DNA from: Desulfurococcales archaeon
GTDB lineage: Archaea; Thermoproteota; Thermoprotei_A; Sulfolobales; Desulfurococcaceae
Assembly: GCA_027067785.1 (NCBI GenBank)
Contig: JAMOVL010000065.1
Span: 16,086 to 80,085, forward strand
Reading direction: 5' to 3'
DNA: 64,000 nt
Part shown: in pieces, positions 57,584 to 64,000 of the stretch
Numbering within the stretch: the stretch's first letter is position 1
How the letters are laid out: every line of letters starts with the position of its first letter
Translations under genes and position numbers: made by a program
The notes under the pieces: generated by a model
Database searches by the model: none
What the model saw: only the letters and a program-made list of their open reading frames with translations
Told to the model about the DNA's origin: nothing

Positions 57584-58138
57584 TTAAGAATTGTCTGATT
57601 TACTAGGTGGCTTAATATATATGTAGACAATATCTTTTTCTTCGGCTAATACTTTGAAACTATGCATTATTTGATCGGGAGTTGTGTCTTCAACCTTACT
57701 TAGCACTGTTATAATAACCAGGCCCTCCTCGGCAGCTATTCTGAGAGTTTCCCTTAGTGCTTTCTCCTTATCCATAATATTGTTCCAGACAGTTATCATG
57801 AAAACCTCTGTGAATGCTTTGTCGATGAAAGGGGGTTGTTCAGCATCTGCTATTAAATAAATGGTTCTCGGGTCGCATCCATGTTTTTCCCGGGCCTTTG
57901 TAATCATGCCTTCACTTATATCTAGACAGACGTATTTCTCGAAATCATAGTTGTTTTCTTTGATATAGTCTAGTAAGAGGCCTGTGCCACAACCTATGTC
58001 TGCTACTTGTCCCAAGTGTTTTCTCCCTATTTTGTCAAATATTATGCTGTATTTACGGAACTGTTCGTCTCTATAGAGGGAGTCATAGGATTTCGAAGTG
58101 ATATCATATAGTTCTCTAACGCTTAAAGAATCTGTCAA
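57584..58138 (-). CDS. class I SAM-dependent methyltransferase
   Basis: VADIGCGTGLL (motif I) and a downstream acidic motif II. Its start region overlaps the 3' end of nucS by 23 nt. Confidence 0.75.
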   Translation of the reverse strand: MTDSLSVRELYDITSKSYDSLYRDEQFRKYSIIFDKIGRKHLGQVADIGCGTGLLLDYIKENNYDFEKYVCLDISEGMITKAREKHGCDPRTIYLIADAEQPPFIDKAFTEVFMITVWNNIMDKEKALRETLRIAAEEGLVIITVLSKVEDTTPDQIMHSFKVLAEEKDIVYIYIKPPSKSDNS

Positions 58139-58898
58139 GCGTGTTCATCTCCTTCTTTTCTATGCTCTTCTTCTTTTTCCATAGCTTCTGTATATTGATC
58201 TCTTTCCATTCGATGCCGAGTTTTTCAGCCGTATCAATGGCTGAGCGATAGAATGACGGAGCGACCAGTATGCCTCTCGGAGTGATACCGTACTTCTTCT
58301 TATAATGCACTATATAGTTGTATAACTGCATAACAGCTTCTCTGGATGCGGGAACCCTTTTAAGCTCTATAATTACGGGTCTTCCGCTAGAATCGTACCC
58401 GAATAGGTCGATGTAGCCTATATCGATTGGTTTTTCTTTCTCAGTTATACGTAGTCCTTCTTCGATTAATCCGGGATCCTCGTATATCATGTCCCTGATC
58501 TCGGCTTCGCTCAAATACATTACGAATTCTCCTGTATCCGTTAGTTTACCCTTAATCGCTGCCCCTATGCTCTTGAAGTATACTCTTAGGATTTCGCGCG
58601 GCTTCGACCTTATAGCCACTATCAATAATTCACCACTATGCAGTATTCTAGCCTCGATGCTGGCGGTGGAGGGCTGCCAGTTTACTGGAGAATATCCCTC
58701 AGGCCTATGGAGAAGAACTGCTCCATCTTGTTTTACAACGAACATGCGTTCACCACTTGTCAGTCTCGAAAAACCTCTTCCCTCATACTCCACGGTGCAT
58801 TCCCCGAAAACCACCAAGTATTCTTTCTTCCTCAGCGCCTCTCTAATGAAGGACAAAGCTTCCTCCAGACTAGGATCTCTAATAACTTCTAGCCTCAA
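58116..58898 (-). CDS. nucS: endonuclease NucS/EndoMS
   Basis: The N-terminal half resembles NucS (VVFGECTVEYEGRGFSRLTSGERMFVVKQDGAVLLH). The C-terminal RecB-like nuclease motifs are present (IDLFGYDSSGRPVIIELKR). 260 aa. Confidence 0.85.
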   Translation of the reverse strand: MRLEVIRDPSLEEALSFIREALRKKEYLVVFGECTVEYEGRGFSRLTSGERMFVVKQDGAVLLHRPEGYSPVNWQPSTASIEARILHSGELLIVAIRSKPREILRVYFKSIGAAIKGKLTDTGEFVMYLSEAEIRDMIYEDPGLIEEGLRITEKEKPIDIGYIDLFGYDSSGRPVIIELKRVPASREAVMQLYNYIVHYKKKYGITPRGILVAPSFYRSAIDTAEKLGIEWKEINIQKLWKKKKSIEKKEMNTLDRFFKR

Positions 58899-58983
58899 CC
58901 GGAGCCACCATGATACATGATAGAAACTAAGTAAATAAGCATAGAAATAATTCTTTCACTATAGGGACTGGGGAAAGATACTA

Positions 58984-59901
58984 TTGAGAGCCAAGATAAA
59001 GTTGATAGGATTTGATAGTATGGGAACACGTGGTATGGCCACAGTGATTGATACAGGGACATATAAGATCTTCATAGATCCTGGTGTCAGCTTTGCTCCC
59101 CGGAGATATGGTTTACCTCCCCACCCAGTGGAGCTTGAGAGGCTTGAAAAACATTTAGCGATGATCCATGATGAGATCATTGACTCGGATATTATCGTTA
59201 TAAGCCATTATCATAGGGATCACTATCTCTACCGCGATGGTGAAGAAGGGTTCTATAAAGGAAAAATCCTTTACATTAAACACCCCGAACAAATGATCAA
59301 TCATAGTCAGAAGGTAAGGGCATATGTTTTGTTGAAGAAGATGGGTGTTAGGGATCTAGCTAAAGACATAGTATACTGTGATGGAAAAACATATACATTA
59401 GATAACGATGTCAGACTAGTGTTCTCGCCTCCAATGCCGCATGGTCCTGAAGGCACAAGGCTTGGCTGGGTTATAATGACGCTTGTAGATGTTGATGGTT
59501 ATAGGATTCTCCATGCGAGCGATGTGCAGGGACCGATAAGTGATACCCCGCTTGAATGGATACTTGAGAAGAAGCCTGATATACTAATAATTAGCGGGCC
59601 GCCAACATATTTCGAAGGTAAAAAGATGAAGAAAGAAGATGTCGAGAAAGGCCTCTATAATCTTATGAGGATAGCTGGCAATAGTAATGGGCCCGGAAAA
59701 ATTATAGTTGATCATCATTTACTAAGGGATCTTGACTACAAGGATAGGATAATGGATATTATAGAGATAGCCGCGATACGCAATGCAGAAGTCCTCACCG
59801 CAGCAGAGTTCATGGGTCAGCCCATAGAACAACTTGAAGCAAGGAGAAGAGAACTGTGGGGAAAGAGCCGTGAGGCCGACAATAGTGATCGAGCATCTTG
59901 A
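58984..59901 (+). CDS. metallo-beta-lactamase-fold protein (UPF0282-like)
   Basis: ISHYHRDHY (HxHxDH variant), HASDVQG and VDHHLLRD. TTG start. Confidence 0.7.
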   Translation: MRAKIKLIGFDSMGTRGMATVIDTGTYKIFIDPGVSFAPRRYGLPPHPVELERLEKHLAMIHDEIIDSDIIVISHYHRDHYLYRDGEEGFYKGKILYIKHPEQMINHSQKVRAYVLLKKMGVRDLAKDIVYCDGKTYTLDNDVRLVFSPPMPHGPEGTRLGWVIMTLVDVDGYRILHASDVQGPISDTPLEWILEKKPDILIISGPPTYFEGKKMKKEDVEKGLYNLMRIAGNSNGPGKIIVDHHLLRDLDYKDRIMDIIEIAAIRNAEVLTAAEFMGQPIEQLEARRRELWGKSREADNSDRAS

Positions 59902-60469
59902 AGACGAGATGAGCCTATGGATACTTCTAGAATATAGGCATGCAGGTATAATTGTTGGAGAGCATGATATGTTATGGTTTACTAATGTGCCTAGAAGATA
60001 CCATCGTATTCTGTCCAAGTATGGCAAAGTACATGAGAGGAGCATCCTAGATCTAGTTCCTCAAGACAAGATTGTTATACTTGATCCTCAGGCGGATAAG
60101 CCCTTAACATATAGTGATCTCCAGGGCAGATACATTGTAATAGGCGGAATACTCGGTGACTACCCGCCACGAGGTAGAACTAGGGAGCTACTTAGTTCGA
60201 GAGCGCCTAGGGCTATTAAGAGGAATATAGGTGATGGGCAATACAGTATTGATGGAGCAGTATACTACGTCATGTATTTATGGAGACATAAATCCATGGA
60301 AGGATTCAAGTATGTCGACGGAGTCAAAATAGATACACCCCACGGACACATACTGTTGCCGTTTAGGTATCCTCTGGTGAACGATCGCCCCTTAGTGGCT
60401 CCAGGACTGCGAGAATACTTGTTATCGAGAAGGATACCAGATAATATATTGAAAGAACTTACCCGATAA
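59870..60469 (+). CDS. conserved protein, possibly a DUF431-type SAM-dependent RNA methyltransferase
   Basis: A GTG at 59870 gives MRPTIVIEHLEDEMSLWILLEY..., which resembles the N-terminus of DUF431 proteins. This assignment is from memory only. The track start at 59834 overlaps the preceding gene further. Confidence 0.4.
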   Translation: MRPTIVIEHLEDEMSLWILLEYRHAGIIVGEHDMLWFTNVPRRYHRILSKYGKVHERSILDLVPQDKIVILDPQADKPLTYSDLQGRYIVIGGILGDYPPRGRTRELLSSRAPRAIKRNIGDGQYSIDGAVYYVMYLWRHKSMEGFKYVDGVKIDTPHGHILLPFRYPLVNDRPLVAPGLREYLLSRRIPDNILKELTR

Positions 60470-60746
60470 GATCGTATAGTATGAATAGAACTAGTAGCCA
60501 TGTCGCAAAATAAGTCACTATGCCCCGGAAGAACCCGTGGAACCAGTCACGTGCTCCGAATTTCTTGACAACATATACAACTGTCCCAATATATGCGATC
60601 ACCGATAGCATCCATACAATGCTAGAGAGCAGGGGGTTCCCCCAAAGACTCACCCTATAGAGGATATAGGCTGCGAAGCCGTAAGCTATGCCCGCCAATG
60701 CCCTGATCTTCACGATATCATCGTCAATCCTACTATGGCTGAACAA
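60459..60746 (-). CDS. small membrane protein
   Basis: 95-aa ORF with three hydrophobic segments. Confidence 0.5.
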   Translation of the reverse strand: MFSHSRIDDDIVKIRALAGIAYGFAAYILYRVSLWGNPLLSSIVWMLSVIAYIGTVVYVVKKFGARDWFHGFFRGIVTYFATWLLVLFILYDLIG

Positions 60747-60856
60747 TCCCTAACACCCGGCTATTTAATGATTACAACTAGATAAAACATATTTATTATT
60801 TAATATAGTGTAGCGTATCCCTTACTATCAGGTGCCAGCAGTTGATCAAGAAATCA

Positions 60857-62827
60857 ATGGACATTATAGACTTGATAAGCTGGTGTAAAAATACGGGGAA
60901 AACACTTGAGGATTGCCGAGTTGAGAATATATATTGGTGCGGACACTATTGGTTGTTTAAACTGAGATGCCCCAACAAAGGGAAGACCCTTCTGAAGCTT
61001 GAGCCCGGCCGTAGAATACACTTATCAGTAGTCGAGCCAGGGGAAAAAGGCATTGATCGTATTGCTGCTTATCTGAGAAAACATATCCGCGGATGCTATA
61101 TAGATCGAGTTGATATGCCTTGGTGGGAAAGAATAATTAGGATAAGCGTTGTTTGCCGGGATAGAAAACTGTATCTGTACAATGAGATAATACCGAGAGG
61201 TTTCCTAGTTGTTACTGATGAAGATAATACTATACTCTATGCTAGCAGGTTTGAGAAACTCAGAGATAGAGAGATCAGAGTTGGAAACACTTATGTTCCG
61301 CCTCCCCATCGTCCCTGTCTCCTAGAAATGAGCGATGATAACCTCTACAAACTACTCTTAAAAGGTAAAGACCTTGTACGAGGAATCGTAAAAGGATGGG
61401 GATTGCCAGGATATATTGCTGAGGAGATACTGGTTCGCACAGGACTATATAATAAGAAATCCGAGAAGCCGGATAAGATATCAGTTACCGACATAGAAAG
61501 TATGCGCCGCAAGCTAGAGGAACTTATAAAGGAGGCTTTGAACGGCAAAGGATACCTTGTATATATAGATGATAGCTTAGAATTAGTCACTGCATATAAG
61601 CCCATCCTGTACAGCAAGATATATGAAGCAAATATACAGGAAATGCCCACTCTCGACGAAGCGCTTGACCCGTATTTCTCACAGTATGAGAAAGAAGTTA
61701 TCGAGAAACGAGAAGAGACTAGAATAAAGGATGAAATCAACCGGCTTAAGAAATCATATGAGAAGCTCGTAGAAACAATTACGAAGTACAGGGAAAAAGC
61801 CGAGAAACTAGAAAAAATATCCAATATTCTCCAGGCAAACTATCCATTATTTGAGAAATTACTACAATGCATAAATAAAACGAGAGAAGAGCATGGCTGG
61901 GGAAAAATAAGGGAGAAATGCCCTGGAATAGTCTCTGTGAATCCCAGAGAGGGAAAAGTAGTCATTAAGGTACAGGGTGAGCCAGTAGAGATAGATATCA
62001 GGCTTGACGCCTGGAAGAACATTCTCGAAATGAGGAGAAAAGCTGGAGAGCTAAGGGGGAAAGCAAGACGCGCTGAAATAGAAGCAGGGAAATTGCTGGA
62101 GAAGATCAAGGAGCTGGAAAACAAAAGAATAAGAATCGAGACAAAAGTGTCAAAGGGTATACGTCCAAAGTACTGGTACGAGAAATATCACTGGTTATTC
62201 ACTAGCGAGGGCTTCCTAGTAATAGGTGGTAGAGATGCCGGGCAGAACGAAACCATCGTTAGAAAATACTTGGCGCCAGAAGACATATTTCTCCATGCAG
62301 AAATACATGGCGGCCCAGCAACGGTGATCAAAACCGAAGGTAGAACACCAGGTCATAAAAGCATAGAAGAAGCAGCTGTCATAGCAGCATGTTATTCGAG
62401 AGGATGGAGCGAGGGTATTGGGGCCCTGGAAGTATTCTGGGTTAAGGGGGAACAGGTCTCGAAGACCCCTCCTAGCGGTGAATATCTTGCAAAGGGTGCA
62501 TTCATGGTTTATGGTAAGAAACAATTCATAACAGTTGAGCTTAGACTCGCTCTTGGTGTTGAGGAAATAGATGATCCCATCTACGGCGTATACCAGAGAA
62601 TAATAGTTGGGCCTGAACACCTTGTTAGACAACGTAGCCTATCGTATGTAGTACTGGTACCTGGGGATATGCGCGGCAAGGAGCTTGCTGAGAAAATAAT
62701 GGCTATCCTTAGGAGAAAATCTGAGACAACACTATCAGTATCCACTGACGAAGTAATGTATAGACTACCTGGTCCGTCCCGTATTATCAGGGCTGAACAG
62801 GGCGAAAGAACTCGTGAAAACAAATAA
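60857..62827 (+). CDS. NFACT-family protein (FbpA/RqcH/NEMF homologue, DUF814)
   Basis: N-terminal NFACT-N-like region, a central coiled coil (KDEINRLKKSYEKLVETITKYREKAEKLEK), and the DUF814 core (GGRDAGQNETIVRKY...DIFLHAEIHGGPATVIK). Confidence 0.85.
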   Translation: MDIIDLISWCKNTGKTLEDCRVENIYWCGHYWLFKLRCPNKGKTLLKLEPGRRIHLSVVEPGEKGIDRIAAYLRKHIRGCYIDRVDMPWWERIIRISVVCRDRKLYLYNEIIPRGFLVVTDEDNTILYASRFEKLRDREIRVGNTYVPPPHRPCLLEMSDDNLYKLLLKGKDLVRGIVKGWGLPGYIAEEILVRTGLYNKKSEKPDKISVTDIESMRRKLEELIKEALNGKGYLVYIDDSLELVTAYKPILYSKIYEANIQEMPTLDEALDPYFSQYEKEVIEKREETRIKDEINRLKKSYEKLVETITKYREKAEKLEKISNILQANYPLFEKLLQCINKTREEHGWGKIREKCPGIVSVNPREGKVVIKVQGEPVEIDIRLDAWKNILEMRRKAGELRGKARRAEIEAGKLLEKIKELENKRIRIETKVSKGIRPKYWYEKYHWLFTSEGFLVIGGRDAGQNETIVRKYLAPEDIFLHAEIHGGPATVIKTEGRTPGHKSIEEAAVIAACYSRGWSEGIGALEVFWVKGEQVSKTPPSGEYLAKGAFMVYGKKQFITVELRLALGVEEIDDPIYGVYQRIIVGPEHLVRQRSLSYVVLVPGDMRGKELAEKIMAILRRKSETTLSVSTDEVMYRLPGPSRIIRAEQGERTRENK

Positions 62828-62987
62828 ATAACATGGTATCATTGAGGCAACAACGATTCAATATAGATATGTGGATTTCAATGAGTGGGAATAATAAGGG
62901 ATGGATAAATACACTTAAAACTACTTTCTACATACTAGAAAATTCTAAGAACATAAGTATTTAGCAAGTAGCCAATGGTGGTTTAAC

Positions 62988-64000
62988 ATGGTTGAAAGAA
63001 ACATCGTCGTTGAGGCCCTAAAATTCGAAAGCGTAACCGATATGAAGGTTGAACTTGTCGAGCGCAAGGGACTTGGCCATCCAGACTATATAGCTGATTC
63101 TGCCAGCGAAGAGGCGTCAAGGCTTCTCAGCAAATACTATCTGAAAGAATTCGGTGTCATCCTCCACCACAACCTTGACAAGACCTTGCTCGTAGGAGGA
63201 CAGGCGAGCCCTAAGTTTGGCGGCGGAACAATGCTTGAACCTATATACATAGTCGTAGCTGGGAGAGCCACAACAGAGGTTAAAACGGAGGACGGAGTAG
63301 TCAAGATACCCTATGGAAGCATTATTGTTGAAGCCGTTCGGAACTGGCTGAAGAAGAACATGAGGTTCCTGGATCCGGATGTTCACGTGATTATTGATTA
63401 CAAGGTCCGTAAAGGAAGCGCCGACCTCGTCTCCGTTTTCGAGGCAGGCTCAGGGGTTCCCCTCGCAAACGATACTAGCATCGGGGTCGGATACGCCCCG
63501 TTATCACCTTTGGAGAAACTCGTCTATAATACTGAGAGACTGCTAAACTCTCCAGAGTACAAGAAGAAGACCCCGGCGGTTGGAGAGGATATCAAGGTTA
63601 TGGGTCTCCGTAGGGAGAAGAACATAGTCCTCACGATCGCAGCCGCTATAATAGATTCCCTCGTAAAAGACCTGGATGAATATCTCAGTGTCAAAGAACA
63701 GATAGTCAACGACGTCCTCGATCTTGCTGCGAAGATAGTTCCCGATTACACGGTAAACGTTTGTGTCAACACAGCCGACATGCCCGAGAAAGGAGTTGTC
63801 TACTTAACAGTTACAGGTACATCAGCCGAACACGGCGACGACGGAGCTACCGGCAGAGGAAACCGTGCAAACGGCTTGATCCCGCCTATGAGGCCTATAA
63901 GTCTAGAGGCGACCGCAGGCAAGAACCCGGTCAACCATGTAGGTAAGATCTACAATATTGTGGCTAGGAGAATCGCTGAGAGAATATATAATGAGCTCGA
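62988..64000 (+). CDS. mat: archaeal-type S-adenosylmethionine synthetase (3' end lies outside the window)
   Basis: The ATG at 62988 opens a frame that runs to the window end and is absent from the ORF track. [18 protein letters not shown]..., [24 protein letters not shown] and [23 protein letters not shown] match archaeal MAT. Confidence 0.9.
   Translation, partial: MVERNIVVEALKFESVTDMKVELVERKGLGHPDYIADSASEEASRLLSKYYLKEFGVILHHNLDKTLLVGGQASPKFGGGTMLEPIYIVVAGRATTEVKTEDGVVKIPYGSIIVEAVRNWLKKNMRFLDPDVHVIIDYKVRKGSADLVSVFEAGSGVPLANDTSIGVGYAPLSPLEKLVYNTERLLNSPEYKKKTPAVGEDIKVMGLRREKNIVLTIAAAIIDSLVKDLDEYLSVKEQIVNDVLDLAAKIVPDYTVNVCVNTADMPEKGVVYLTVTGTSAEHGDDGATGRGNRANGLIPPMRPISLEATAGKNPVNHVGKIYNIVARRIAERIYNEL

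Noticed and set aside
63117-63946. Track ORFs 63117..63386(-), 63524..63709(-) and 63761..63946(+).
   Set aside because: They lie inside the strongly supported plus-strand SAM synthetase frame that starts at 62988 and runs off the window.

Overview
This window is a densely packed archaeal chromosomal region. It looks like a hyperthermophilic crenarchaeon of the Desulfurococcales type. Markers include TiaS, TBP, an Sm-like protein, NucS, archaeal-type SAM synthetase, GPN-loop GTPase, Lhr helicase, and GGTGAT-type Shine-Dalgarno motifs inside operons. I support about 65 protein genes, mostly housekeeping: translation, DNA repair, the mevalonate pathway, and a Dpp/Opp-type ABC importer. I found no rRNA, CRISPR array, transposase or integrase.

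The main finding is a split, trans-spliced tRNA-Lys(CUU).
- The 3' half (37250-37292) lies 3.6 kb upstream of the 5' half (40904-40934) on the same strand.
- A 17-bp leader/trailer helix and a textbook bulge-helix-bulge (BHB) motif place the splice junction at tRNA position 30/31.
- The joined product is a perfect cloverleaf.

Other RNA findings:
- Five candidate C/D box sRNAs share an unusual AUGAAGA box variant and mostly exact 12-nt guide spacers. One guide is complementary to a canonical tRNA T-arm.
- A 280-nt element is closed by 27 bp of GC-rich long-range helix (9992-10272). Its class is unknown.
- A GC-rich structured leader lies at 7498-7558.

Protein-level findings:
- A degenerate HMG-CoA reductase-like protein sits where the thiolase normally is, next to HMG-CoA synthase and the DUF35 protein.
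- Both ABC permeases carry homologous extracytoplasmic insert domains of about 200 aa.
- The solute-binding protein sits on a coiled-coil stalk with a C-terminal membrane anchor.
- A secreted protein carries a Lon-like S16 domain but no AAA+ module.
- A metallophosphoesterase gene is broken by a 1-nt frameshift in a homopolymer.
- An uncharacterised HTH-led operon of four to five genes lies at 16796-18718.

All functional calls come from motif recognition by eye. No database search was possible.
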